64,000 bases of DNA from Octopus sinensis (Eukaryota). Location of the stretch: contig NC_042998.1 of assembly GCF_006345805.1 (NCBI RefSeq), positions 94,860,001 through 94,924,000 on the forward strand, written 5' to 3'. Positions 25,036 to 37,449 of this stretch are shown one piece after another. Both the position numbers and the translations under genes were made by a program. The first letter of the stretch is position 1. The number at the start of each line of letters is the position of its first letter. The notes below the pieces were generated by a model that saw only the letters and a program-made list of their open reading frames with translations, was not told where the DNA came from and did no database searches.

Positions 25036-26039
25036 GCATGCACATATATACTTACATCCAAATACATTTATGCATTTCTATGTATCTATATATATATGTG
25101 TGTTTATATACATATATCAACATGTGTGTTTACACACTCACACACACACACACACATATAGATAGATAGGCAGACAGATAGACAGATAGATAGATACACA
25201 CACACAAGCATACGCATAAATATAGATATATATGCATAATTGTGTATAGACATAATTGTATGCATCTGTTAAGCACAATTTGTCTATCTATCTATCAATC
25301 TATCTATATATATATTTGTGTGTGTGTGTGTGTAAATATATGTATGCATGTATGTATGCATTTATATTTGTGTATAGATATATGTGTATGTATATATATG
25401 TATATCTACATATTCATATATAAGTATGCATGTATCTATATTAACAGTATATAGAGTTTATTACACTTTAATATTAAATTAGGAAAAATATATTTTAAAA
25501 TCTGAATTATAGTGTGATATTATATGTAACGTGTTTATATATTAATATATTAATAGAGTACAATTATTTCAGTTAAAAATATTTGGATCAAATAGATTAC
25601 TTAATTTAAATATAATTTTCATCATTAATTATAGTTTTAGAAAGGCAAAACAATGAATTGAATGAAAGATAATTATAGTAAGCATCAAATTTTCTATACA
25701 GACATCAGGATTGTATTTAACAGATATATATATATATAAATTAATAGATATACAAGTATACACAAATACATGCATGCGCACACACACACACATATATATA
25801 AATATATATTATGCATAACAAACTTAACATCTGTAAAGTGTGTGGACATTTATCATTCATGAAGTACTTCCTCTCAGAAATCTAAATATATAATAAATAG
25901 CAACAGAAGCGGTATCAATACTAAAAGGTAATATTTATCTTCCCCCAAAAGAGGAATACTGAATTATTTACCACGAAAGGACCTCTCATATGTGCTTGTG
26001 GTGCATAAAAGCAGTCAGGTCTATATTGCTGACAAGTGA

Positions 26040-26365
26040 TAACCATCCACTACAGCTACCTGGTTACAATGACGAGGGTTCCAGTTGATCCAATCAAAGG
26101 AATAGCCAGTTCATGGAATTAACATGCAACTGGCTGAGCACCACACAGACACATGTATACTTAATGTAGTTCTCGAGGAGATCTAGTGTGACATAGAATG
26201 TGACAAGCCTGGCCTTTTGAAATATAGGCACTAATAATTTTTGCCAGCAGAGTGGACTGGAGCAACATGAAATGAAGTGTCTTGCTGAGGGAAACAACAC
26301 ACCGTTGGGTATTGAACTCATGATCTTACAATTATGAATCAAATATCCTAACCACTAAATCATGT
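26040..26365 (-). mobile_element. tRNA-derived SINE (family of 18118)
   Basis: Reverse complement of the head (GATTTAGTGGTTAGGATATTTG...GAGTTCAATACC) and of the body. Confidence 0.8.
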
Positions 26366-26429
26366 ATATATGTTTGTGCGTGTGTGTGTGTATGCATAGA
26401 TATATATATATATAACAAATCAAAATCAC

Positions 26430-26875
26430 TGACACAGCCGATGACAGTACCGCCTGATTGGTCCTTGTGCCAGTGAAACATTAAAAGCACATCTGAGGTT
26501 GATCATTGCTTGGGCCACAGATTGGCTCCCATGCTGGTGGCACATGAAAAGCACCACTCAAGTGTGATTGTTGCCAGCATCGCCTTACCTGCACATGTGC
26601 TGGTGGCATGTGAAAAACAACATTCGAGCATGGTTGTTGCCAGTGCCGCTGGACTGGCTCCTGTGTAGGTAGCACATAAAAAACACCTTTGGAGCATGGT
26701 CATTGCCAGATCTGCCTGACTGGCCCTCGTGCCGGTGTCACCACTAGACTCTTGGAGTGGTTGGCATTAGGAAGGGCTTCCAGCTGTAGAAACTTTGCCA
26801 GATCAGATTGAGCCTGGTGCAGCCTCTGGTTCACCAGTCCTCAGTCAAACCGTCCAACCCGTGCCAACATGGAAA
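26430..26875 (+). mobile_element. RTE 3' end (4-5 units and core)
   Basis: Repeated GTGGCACATGAAAAGCACC units, then the core. Confidence 0.8.
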
Positions 26876-28269
26876 GAGCACCAACTGATTATGTGCTATT
26901 TTAAAACAAATTAAAACATATTTTCTCCAAATATCTTATGACAAATTGATTTATTATAACATTTTCAATGTAGTGAATATTTCTATAATTTCTTTGTTTT
27001 TTTTTTGTTCTATACATGCATTGTAATCGAACTTTTAGTACAAAATTGTGTCAAAATTTAATTAAGTAATTAATAATAATAATTATATACATGCATAAAT
27101 ATAAATACATGTTTGTGTGTTTGTATATGTGTGAGTGAGTGTGTGTGTGTGTGTCTGTGTGTGTGTGTAAATAAAGCTTTGTCATTTAAATTGAAGTAGT
27201 TATTGGTTGTTTAAAATTCTGGCAGAGCCACAGTTTAGATTTACACATACATATTTGTTTACTTGAAAGTAAACAAATGCTTCCAATATGGTATGTAGAT
27301 TTTACAGCTTGCAGCAGAAATTCCATAAACACTTGTAACCAGCTCAGTAGGCAGAAGAAGGAGAAACATCAAGTTCTGAAAATGTGCCACTTGGTTGACT
27401 TTGAGTCTCTAAGGGATGTAAATATTCTCAACAAACTAAGAAACTAACATGTGAAATAAGAAAAACTTCATTGGTGATACAAGCCTTATTACTAGGTTTT
27501 ATGTCTGTCCTTTATATTGGCTTCAGTTAAATGGATTTTCAGTATTATATTTCCTTCAGTTATTTGAATAGGTCCCTTCATTTGCATCTATTTATTTTAT
27601 ATATTCCTAGGTCAACCCTTTCCCAGTTATGATCAACCATCGGATCACAACACTTCTTTATTATCAATGCTAATACTATCAAAAGAAACCTCTCATATTG
27701 TGCTCAGTGTTTTTACAATCTGATGTCCATTTATTAGCATGATCTATCACTTTCACTCATATCAGCATTTGTATTTCACATATACTTGTACACTATGCAG
27801 AGCATAATTACAAATGGAGAAAGAATCCTTTTATGGATTACTAAACACTTCTGGTAACTTTTAGCATAACTCCAATCTTAATCCTTGCTTTGCATTGGAT
27901 AAAAACAACCTAAAATAAGCTCTTCGTTTTTGACCTTTCTATATCATTTAAATGTTCTAAATTCTTGAAGTAGATTTATTGAGTAGTTCGGTACTTTTAT
28001 AAGAATTATAATACATCATACATGACTTTCAGCTTAACTCTCTGTCCACTGTCATAATTTCAAATAAGAAAGTTGTGTCTAGATTATTTTTCTTTCTTTC
28101 TTCTCTCTCTCTCTAACTGTTTTTTTCTCTCACTTTCAGATGGGCAAGCCATGTAGTTACCTCATCAGCAAAACACCTGGCTCCTTTCCCTCTATAATAG
28201 TTTCTTTCTCCAGTTTATATTCCACTCACTTGAGGAGTCTTATTTACTGGGTACTTGACAACCTTATTG

Positions 28270-28455
28270 ATGCTGATGCCAAGTAAAAAGCATCCAGTAC
28301 ACACTGTGAAGTGGTTGGCATTAGAAAAGGCATCCAGCTGTAGAAACCAAGTAAAAGCAGACAGAGAACAAGGCAGAGCCCTCTGGCTCATCTATTCTTG
28401 TTGAACAGTTCAACTCATACCAACATGGAAAAAGGGATGTTAAATGATGATGATG
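28270..28455 (+). mobile_element. RTE 3' core
   Basis: AGTGGTTGGCATTAGAAAAGGCATCCAGCTGTAG...GATGATGATG. Confidence 0.75.
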
Positions 28456-29122
28456 AAAGTATTTGTTGATGTAACTTGATTAAGAAAAAGAGACAAAAAT
28501 TGCTTATTCGAAGAAAGTGGGAAACTGCCAATCTACAGTTGAAGAAATATTTAACCTAGGCTGGAGATTCAGACTAAATCTCCTTTTTGTAGTTATTTTC
28601 AGGTTTAAAGTTTATATTTCATAAAATTGAAATGTTTCTGCAAATCAAAAATTGTATATAGGAAAAATATGAAACTGAAACTTAAATAAAAAGTTGAAGT
28701 TTTAAACTAATTTGAAATTTCAGTTACAACTTACATGTATTTTTTTCTCTCAATATTCCCCTCTATGATTTCAGTCTATTAAATTCAGTGAATTTAATAG
28801 ACTAAAATTTTAGATGCAAAAAATTTTAATCAAGTGTCTTATTACTGATGGCAACTAGGGTAAGTGTCTTCTACTTCAGCCTTGGGTTGACTAAAGCCTT
28901 GCAAGTGAATCTGGTAGATGGAAACTGAAAGAAGCTTGTCATGTGTGTGTATGTGTCTCCTTGTCTTGACTTCATGTGATGGTTCTAAATGAGTTTAACT
29001 GTCATACAAGCAGTGAAGTTCATTTTTAATCTTCCTTGAAAAGATACCTGGTCATAGGAAAATATTACCTAGCCTAAAAACAGGTGAAGGTTGGTGATAG
29101 GAAGGGTATCTGGTAATAGAAA

Positions 29123-29357
29123 TTAAGGCGGCGAGCTGGCAGAAGCGTTAGCGCGCCGGGCGAAATGCTTAGCGGTATTTCGTCTGTCGTTACGTTCTGA
29201 GTTCAAATTCCGCCGAGGTCGACTTTGCCTTTCATCCTTTCGGGGTCGATAACTAAAGTACCAGTTTTGCACTGGGGTCGATATAATCAACTTAATCCCT
29301 TTGTCTGTCCTTGTTTGTCCCCTCTATGTTTAGCCCCTTGTGGGTAGTAAAGAAATT
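29123..29357 (+). mobile_element. Young full-length tRNA-derived SINE with 18-bp TSD, nested in an older SINE
   Basis: AAGGCGGCGAGCTGGCAGAAGCGTTAGC...GAGTTCAAATTCC...CATCCTTTCGGGGTCGATAA...GTAGTAAAGAAAT. TSD GGTATCTGGTAATAGAAA at 29105-29122 and 29358-29375. Confidence 0.93.
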
Positions 29358-29559
29358 GGTATCTGGTAATAGAAAATCTGTCTCAATGAATACCATCTGA
29401 CCCATGCAAGCATGGAAAAAAGAATATTATGATGCTGATGATGAGGCTTAGTGATACATAGAGAAATGGAGTATTTGTGTTGTTAAATGAACAGTTGTTA
29501 AATGTATATGATAGAGAGACGAAAATTATAGGAGATATTTCAACAACGTAATTAGGGAA

Positions 29560-29800
29560 AATTCTGTGCACCTCAATGTAGAGCACTTTTGCACTTGGTT
29601 ACTATTTGGCCAATAAGTAATCAATGCTTGAAAATTACTAAAGAACGAATATGAATGGAAAGAGAAAATGAAAGCAACCAAATTGGAAAGCCAACCACAG
29701 AGAATCATGTAGTACTGACATAACAAGCAATTAAAAAGATGAAAGATGATCAGGCTGCCAAGACTTCAGGTGTGTGAAAACAGATATGTTAAAAGCCTCA
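29560..29800 (+). mobile_element. Highly degenerate RTE ORF2 fragment (EN-RT linker)
   Basis: LLKNEYEW...KKMKDDQAAKTSG...MLKAS resembles the RTE linker LLNEENEW...KKMKTGKAPGPSG...MLKAS. Confidence 0.5.
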
Positions 29801-30274
29801 AGCCAGACAGAAGCAGGATTGGTACTTCATTAATTCTAAATGTATAAACTATTAAGTTGGTTTTAATACAGAATTTATTTTGGACTGCCAAACTTAAGAG
29901 TTTGGTGTACAATTAATTGAAGCATTAGCCATAAACACTCACATAATGTAGACATGCACATATGTCTGTAGAGAGCATGGTTAATTGGCAAAGACTCTGA
30001 GTTAAGACTCTCGGATTCTGAACATTAGTGCTTCTATGATTGATAAGTATATTCTAGTTAGGAAATATAAATGAACAATCATGGTCAAAGATATAACAGG
30101 GAAGAATACATACAATAAGTGTGAGACTATAAACAAGGAAAAGGAGAGAGAGAGATTGACAAAAGGGCAAATAAATATATTACAATATTATTGAACAAAA
30201 GTATTGATATTTTACAAAGCTGAGGTAATTCATTTCAAAATAATTTTTGATACAGATCATGTAATTTATATGTA

Positions 30275-30610
30275 TTCATCATCATTGTTTAACATCGGCT
30301 TTCCATGCTGGCATGGGTTGGATGGTTTGTCTGAAAACTGGTAAGCTGGCAGGACTGCACCAGGTTCCAATCTGATCTGACAGTGTTTCTATAGCTGGAT
30401 GCCCTTCCTAATGCCAACCACTCCAAGAGTGTAGTGGGTATTTTTTATGTGCCACAGACCTGACACCAGCATCAGCCATCATTACGGTCTCACTTGGTAA
30501 TAAGCACAGTATACCGTCAAGGGTACTGGTCACCTGTCACTCTCTCTATGAGGCCCGATGCTTGAACGGTGCTTTTTACATACCACCAGCACTGGCATCA
30601 GCCATGACTT
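30275..30610 (-). mobile_element. RTE 3' end
   Basis: Reverse-complement core plus units. Confidence 0.8.
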
Positions 30611-30841
30611 GTTGGCCAAAAGTCACCTGACAGTAAATTAAAATTCCATAAATACTCTCTGTAATTCTGTATTGACTCGAACGGAAAAATGTGTCACTCA
30701 AGAAGGACTTCAGTTTGAACAATTTTCATGATGTTTCATATTTAAATGCTTTTATTAAATTCATTCATTTGTTAAACATAAATAAAATTCGGAATTAAAT
30801 GTTTTTTTGATGTACTGTCAGGTGACTTTTGGCCAACTCTG
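30611..30841. mobile_element. Tc1/mariner-type MITE with perfect 25-bp TIR
   Basis: GTTGGCCAAAAGTCACCTGACAGTA at 30611-30635 and its exact reverse complement at 30813-30837. The right end continues TCTG-TA; the left outer bases are missing. Confidence 0.85.
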
Positions 30842-30859
30842 TATATATATATATATATA

Positions 30860-31345
30860 TCATCATCCTCATCGTTTAACGTCTGTTTTCCATGCTAGCA
30901 TGGGTTGGACGGTTCGGCTAGGGTCTGGGAAGCCAGTAGGCTGTACCAGGCTCCAGCCTGATCTGGAAGTGTTTCTACAGCTGGATGCCCTTCCTAATGT
31001 CAACCGTTCCGTGAGTGTAGTGGGTGCTTTTTACGTGCCACCAGCACAGGGGCCAGAGGAGGCTGGCAACAGCCACAATCAGTTGGTGCTTTTTACATGC
31101 CATTGACACGGAAGCCAGTCAAGGTGGTGCTGGCATCGGCCATGTTTGGATGGTGCTTTTTACATGCCACCGGCACGGGTATCACAACTACAATTTCCAT
31201 TTGATTTTTATTTTGATGTTGATGTACTTGACTCAATAGGTCTGCTCAAGTACAGCAGGTTACCCTACGATCCAAAGTAGGCACAGCAGGTCGTCCTATG
31301 ATCCAAGGTACTTTGAATGGGCTGGGGCTGGTTATGCGAAGTTGG
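30860..31345 (-). mobile_element. RTE 3' end (hairpin, units and core) abutting (AT)n
   Basis: Reverse-complement core, units and the GTACTTGA-GCAGACCTATTGAG-TCAAGTAC hairpin. Confidence 0.85.
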
Positions 31346-32749
31346 TGTAGGATACGCAGTGAACTCACTTTATTTGTCAAGTCTTTGAAGACAGATTCAG
31401 GTATCAAGTTATTCCTGGTCAAAACCAACACATATTCAAGTCAGGAACATCACTATATATACATATATATTTATTATAGCATATATATTTCTTCATACAA
31501 TCCCATCCGAAATCAAGGTTAACGACAGTGTGCATATACATATACAGATGAATATATACATGAGCAGATACGATGACAGTGATACACACATACACACACA
31601 CACATATATATACATATATGTAATATCAACAAAAATCACCAATTGCAGCTAAACCTGAAATGGTAGCATCACTAATTGTAGTTGAACTGCAAATAGTGAC
31701 ACCACAGTGAATAACTGTATGTTTTCAATGAAATAAATTTACACACATATATCTGTATATAATAGTCATTGCTATCATCATTTTTATATATAACAGTATA
31801 ATGTGCATGCATAACTATGTTTACTTCTCAAACACAACATAGTTTCAGGTTTAGTCCCACAGCATCAGCAAGTATCTTCTTCTATAGCACTGGGCTCACC
31901 AAAGCCTTGTGAGTGGATTTAGCTGACAAACTGAAAGATGATCACTTTAAGTATGCTTGTGTGTGTATGTGTATGTGCACGTGCTTCATCTTGCCATCAA
32001 GCAACAGTTGTAAATGAACATCATCATCATCATCATCACACACAGCAGTGTAATTCATTTCCTATATCCTGCAAAATTATGTCTGATTGGCCTTGGGGAA
32101 ATATTACCTTGCTTGGAAACTGAGGAAGAGTTTGCTGATAGGAAAGGCATCCAGTGACCGAAAATCTGCCCCAAAGAATTCTAACTGACCTATGCAAGCA
32201 TGGAAAAGTGGGATTTTAAAATAATAATAATAATAATAATGATGATGATGGTGTGTGTGTGAGAGAGAGAGAGAGAGACAGACAGACAGAGACAGAGAGA
32301 GGGAGAATACTGTTAGATTGCAGTGGTACAGCAGCCCAACAATAGTTTATCATAGTCAAGACTCACATGATACTGAACCAAGATACCAAGATATACTTTA
32401 ATTCATTATTTTTTTCCTTCCAAAGCAAAATAAAGAACAAATAAGTTTTTTCTCTAAAGAAACCACTCCTCAACAACAAATACCATTAGGGATTAAGGTG
32501 TTGTTGTTGACAATTAATTTAGCTAAAGGGACATTAGCATTAAAGTAGAAGTTGAGCTCTAGGGCTTTAAGAACTTTCTATTCAGAAACCCAGATGTTAT
32601 CGTCACTATACTATTCTCCACTTTATTATTTTTTTTCACAGTCACATCTACACTATTGCTGCTGCTGTTACCTGTGTTCTCCCTAAAACAAAAATTCTAA
32701 GTATCAAAGTACTATAGAGAATGATTAACACAATATAATACATAACATG

Positions 32750-33110
32750 GCAAATGTCGATAACTTGGATTGCCTCAAAGCATGTAGATTCAACGACGCC
32801 ATAATTTCAACATTGTTTTCAGAAAAGAGAAAATATTCCATCAATATTATCCAAATGATGTTAGCGTACAGTTCAAGAGCTACCCTTCTCCAGGCAAGTC
32901 ACATTCACACATGCTTTACACTATATATTTTACACCTTAAATGGTCCTGTTTTATTCAATGTCCTTCCCCAAAACATCAAATAGAAAAAGGAGGACAAAA
33001 AACAGAGAAGCTATCAACACCTTCAAACTGTATTGGAAGAGGAAGGAAATGTCTACAAAACAATACCTGACACATCAATCACACCTGGATATGTTCTTAC
33101 TTGAACAGAC
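32750..33110 (+). mobile_element. Degenerate CR1/L2-group (Crack-like) LINE, ORF2 C-terminus
   Basis: LNGPVLFNVLPQNIK*...YKTIPDTSITPGYV resembles the GPRLFNxLP...LxTIPDxPxxPGY terminus of this group. Confidence 0.55.
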
Positions 33111-33551
33111 AATGGAGGTGGCTCAAAATTTACAATTTTTAGATAAGATTCTGTTAAAGGTAACGTTTTAAAGAACACAAGGCATACATTTTGAACTTAG
33201 AGTATTTCACAAATTACATGCAAAAGTTGGGTGTGTGTGTGTGTGTGTGTGTGTGCATGTATAGAAACAAATTTGCATATAAATATATGTATATATTTCC
33301 ATGTGTGTGCATGTTTATATCCATTATGATTTTGCTTAGACATAGTGATACTATTTATTAGTTAGAACTCAATATACATATGATTTAGAGTGCTGCACTA
33401 AGTGAGTACAGAGTGTAATATCAGTTAATGAATGGCAAAGGAACAGGAGTTACCTTCATTAGCTTACACAACCACTCAGCTCTGAATGCACTGCTTCTTA
33501 TAGCAGAAACAGCTTTAAGCTAATGAAGTACTTATATAGATCTTGTTCTTT

Positions 33552-34060
33552 TCATCATCATCATCATCGTTTAACGTCTGTTTTCCTTGCTGGCATGGGT
33601 TGGACGGTTCGACAGGGGTCTGGGAAACCAGGAGGCTGCACCAGGCCCCAATCTGATCTGGTAGTGTTTCTACAGCTGGATGCCCTTCCTAAAGCCAACC
33701 ACTCCGTGAATGTAGTGTGTGCTTTTTATGTGCCACCAGCACAGGGGCCAGAATAGCTGGCATCAACCATGATTGGATGATGTTTTTTATGTGCCACCGG
33801 AAGCCAGTCAAAGTGGGCACTGGCATTGGCCATGTTCAGATGGTGCTTTTTACATGCAACCAGCATGGGGCACACAACTACAATTTCCATTTGATTTGAT
33901 GTTGATGTACTTGACTCAGTAGGTCTCCTCAAATTCGGCATGTTGCACTATGATCCAAGATACTTTTGAGTGGGCTGGTTATGCAACACTGGTGTAGGTT
34001 ACAGCTGTGGACTCACTTTATTTGCCGGGTCTTCTCAGTCACAGCATACCTCCAGAGGTC
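33552..34060 (-). mobile_element. RTE 3' end (hairpin, units and core)
   Basis: Same organisation as 30860-31345. Confidence 0.85.
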
Positions 34061-34730
34061 TCAAGAAAAATGTTAGGGAAATATATATTAGCCATGCTGA
34101 AAACTTTGTCATTTATGATGAAACCAGTACTTTGTCTGGTACGTATTTTTTGATCAAGACAGTCAAACAAGCTTAAAGGGACATACATCATGCTTTGTTT
34201 TTACTAGTTTCAATCACTGGACTCTAGCCATGCTGGAGCAACACCTTGAAGGGTTTTAGTTTTATTTGGCACACCAGTTCTGTCATACCCACCAAAATGC
34301 ATAGACATACATAAACAAGCTAATATATAATTATAATTATCTTAACAAGGAAAAATTTGACAGGGACTTCAAAGTTTGAGTTCAGCTGACTTTGTTAGCC
34401 TAGTTATAAGCAATTGTGCTGAAATCACTGTCAAAGTTTACCTTGTTAAAATAAAGTAAAAGTGAGACTCTGCTAAAAATAGAATGATTTTCTTTTTTTT
34501 ATATCACTATACCTAAGGTTTGAGTGTTTCTTTTAATATAACTATAATATAACTTTTATATATTTGTTGTGCAAGATTTTTTATGTGAAGTCGTGTGTTG
34601 AAACAGATATTGTTATATTTCGGAATGGTCATTTTGCCAGTTTAGCCAATAAAATCACACGCACTATATATTTGGTGTTAATTTGCTTCAGTGTTATTTA
34701 TTTTTTACATTAATCTTAATCTTATTTCAG

Positions 34731-34770
34731 CCAGAGTTCTTTCGTCACACTCCTGTGACTGCATCAGTGG
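34731..34770 (-). ncRNA. Minimal type I hammerhead-ribozyme-like motif (variant core)
   Basis: Minus strand: CCA-CTGATGCA-GTCAC-AGGAGT-GTGAC-GAAAG-AA-CTC-TGG. Stem I CCA/TGG, 5-bp stem II, one extra base in the CUGAUGA core. Confidence 0.6.
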
Positions 34771-35145
34771 TCCTTTGTTTTCTTCTTTCTTATTTGTGTC
34801 TCTCCTTACTAACCGTCAGCCATTTTGTATTTCTATTGTATGTCTTCATTTGCGCATGCTTATATCTCTATTTGTGTCTATGTTTATTTAGTGTGTGTGT
34901 GGGGGGATGCCTGTAATATTTGTATCTTCTGTTTATATACGTTCATGTAATTTGTTTTTGTTGTTGTTTTTGTTTATTCTTATTTTGTTCATGTGTTTAC
35001 ATCCCTTTATTATTATCATTACATATGCTTGTATGTATGTATAACAACAATACTAGTAATAATAATGATAAATTTTAAAAAAAGTTATTTATTTCTATTT
35101 ATTTATTTATCTGTGTATTTATTATGTTTTCGGGATCCTCTACCA

Positions 35146-36095
35146 TCATATGTTGTGGTGTGTACTATTGTTCCATTCTAGTTTTCTATTCAGGCTAGGT
35201 TTATTTTCTATTATGTGTGTAGCTTCTGTAATTTGTCTGATTGTTGCATCTGTTCTATGTGTGGACAATATTTTAATTTCTATGTTGTTGATTGATCCCC
35301 CGTGTTCCTGTTCGGCGTGTTGCTACAGAATCGATGAGCTTTTTCCTTCCTTGAGTTGTTTCCAATGTTCATTTACCCGCTCTCTTATGCTTCTTGCCGT
35401 TTCCCCTACGTATGTCGTTGTCTTGTTACTGCATCGTCCCTCTATACATCTTATACTATAGACTACATTTCTGGCTTTACAGTTTGTTTGTGGGCTAAAT
35501 CTACATACAGTACAGTACTTATCAGTACAGGGGGTTCTACTAAAAGGATAGGTTCTACCAATTATAGATTTGATAGGGTTGCCTGGCTTTTCAACAACCT
35601 TAATCCTTAGCTTAAGTTTGTCTAGGGTCCTTCTAAAGCGGTATGCCAGTTCACCTCCAGGGGTGGTGTCAACGAACATGACACTCTGGTATTTATGGCT
35701 ATCATACCAAGAGTTGGCCTTCCCTATTTTCTTTTTTGTCCTTTCTATAGTGTTCCATGACTTGTTCCTATAGAGTGGGCAAATCCCATTCCTATCATTA
35801 CATAATATATTATCAAATTTCTTCATGGCTCCTTTGTATACTCTGATCCTGTCTTTATGGCTGTAACCTGAGAACTGCATGCGGTAAATGAAATATTGTA
35901 TGTGTCTCTTTAACTATGTAGGCTCACACATGCGTGACACATTTCTCATTATTCTGACGAGGTCTGCCATCAAAATATTGAATTTGGCATTGTCCGCAAT
36001 GGCTGAGTTCCGGTGGATCAAGTATTTTGAGGCCATAGGTTTGGCTTAGTATGAATGAAGGATTTGGGTTTTATTATTCACAATTTCTTTGGTTT
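35146..36095 (-). pseudogene. Penelope-like RT/GIY-YIG ORF remnant
   Basis: Extends the ORF-track entry 35323-35880 in frame on both sides through nonsense codons. VVYxIxC...YVGET is the GIY-YIG signature. Confidence 0.88.
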
Positions 36096-36129
36096 CACTC
36101 TCACCCTCAGCTGAGAGGTCTTTGTCTTG

Positions 36130-36320
36130 CAGATTACTTGGCAACCCAACTGGTGCCACGTAAAAAGCACCCAGTACACTCTGTAAAGAGGTTGGCATTA
36201 GGAATGGCATCCAGCGACAGAAACCATGCCCAAATCAACAAATGGAGTGAGGTGTGGCTCTTTAGCTTGCCAGCTCTTGCCAGCATGGAAAAAGGATGTT
36301 AGATGATGATGATGATGGTG
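36130..36320 (+). mobile_element. RTE 3' core
   Basis: GGTGCCACGTAAAAAGCACCCAGTACAC...GGTTGGCATTAGGAATGGCATCCAGC...GATGATGAT. Confidence 0.8.
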
Positions 36321-37234
36321 ATCATGATTACCCCTCCATTTTCATCCCAGGTAAAGCTTGTGTATTCAAAAGTAGACAAAATACGACACAAAAGACTATT
36401 CAAAAGTTGTTAATTGATCAACAGTCCACAAATACATTTAATTATTCAAAAAAAGGTTTGAAGCCCCCAGTAAAATACCTTTTTATCATTCTCTTTCCAT
36501 GAGTTCATCATCACTAAGTTTTTAAAATGTGACTCTAATAACTTGCAAATATTTGCTCTATCAAAATCTTAAGTAAATTCCAATAACAGTTACCTCTTTA
36601 TTTACATCATTTGCAGAAATCTCAAAACATAAAAACTCAGTACTTAGAAGCAAAAGTTTCCTACCCACCAAAATACTCCTCTTACAACTGCTTGTTACTT
36701 ATTCTAATGAATAGTGATTGATTTCAATGAATAATGAATGGTTTCAATTGTGTGCTTAATAGTGAAATTCTTCCAAATTTTCCTGAAGTGTAATAGCTCA
36801 TTCTCAAGTTGTAAACTTCAACTGCATTTGTGAAAGTTTTAAATATGCCTTGAAAGAAGAAATGACATAAAAATGGCCATATAAAGCTATAACAATGTAT
36901 TTATATTTGTTTCTAAGAAAATCATTTATTTTTGGTTTTTGTCTTTCATTTTTTTTATTTGCTTTGAAAGGTTCTAGATGTGAATTTGTGTGGTGAAACA
37001 TACTTTGTTGTATTTTGGGAGGATTGTTATGTCACTAAAACACACATTGCTTGTATTTCACTTCTTTATTTTTATTTGTCAACTGGTTAATCATTTAACT
37101 GATTAACTAATTGATTGTTTGGTTAATCATTCAGCCAATCAATTGATCTGTTAGGTCGGTCAAAGTTCTTTCATCACCATTAGTGATCTTATCAATGACA
37201 TGTCCTAGCAGGTAAGTCATAGTGAGTTTGTATG

Positions 37235-37445
37235 TCCCAGCGGTATTGCCCAAAAGTTACGATGAGGAGGATTCCAGTTGATCTGATCAATGGAGCAGCC
37301 TGCTCATAAAGATAACGTGCAAGTAGTAGAGCAATTCACAGACATATGTACCCTTAATGTAGTTCTCAGGGAGATGCAGTAAGATGCAGAACATGACAAG
37401 GCTAGTCCTTTGAAATACAGGTATTACTCATTTTTGCCAGCTAAG
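37235..37445 (-). mobile_element. tRNA-derived SINE 3' half (family of 18118)
   Basis: Reverse complement of the body shared with 18118 and 22788. Confidence 0.7.
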
Positions 37446-37449
37446 CTCT

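Larger units (their letters stand above)
34560..36095 (-). mobile_element. 5'-truncated Penelope-like retroelement (RT thumb, Cys-rich linker, GIY-YIG endonuclease and 3' terminal repeat with hammerhead-like motif)
   Basis: One reading frame 36095 to 35146 without frameshift, carrying three stops (TAA 36046, TAG 35914, TAG 35323): ...AKPMASKYLIHRNSA...RMQFSGYS...CTDKYCTVC..NCKARNVVYSIRC...YVGETARSIRERVNEH...H...EATHI...PSLN. Confidence 0.9.

Noticed and set aside
28140-28250. Strong acceptor followed by ATG
   Set aside because: The pyrimidine tract is a (CT/T) low-complexity run; there is no good donor and no recognisable peptide.
35954-35995. CTGACGAG followed by a TGCCA/TGGCA stem (hammerhead-like)
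   Set aside because: No GAAA follows; it is the antisense of the PLE coding frame.
35146-36095. Possible selenocysteine recoding of PLE in-frame stops
   Set aside because: The three internal stops are TAA, TAG and TAG, not TGA, and none is at a Cys position.
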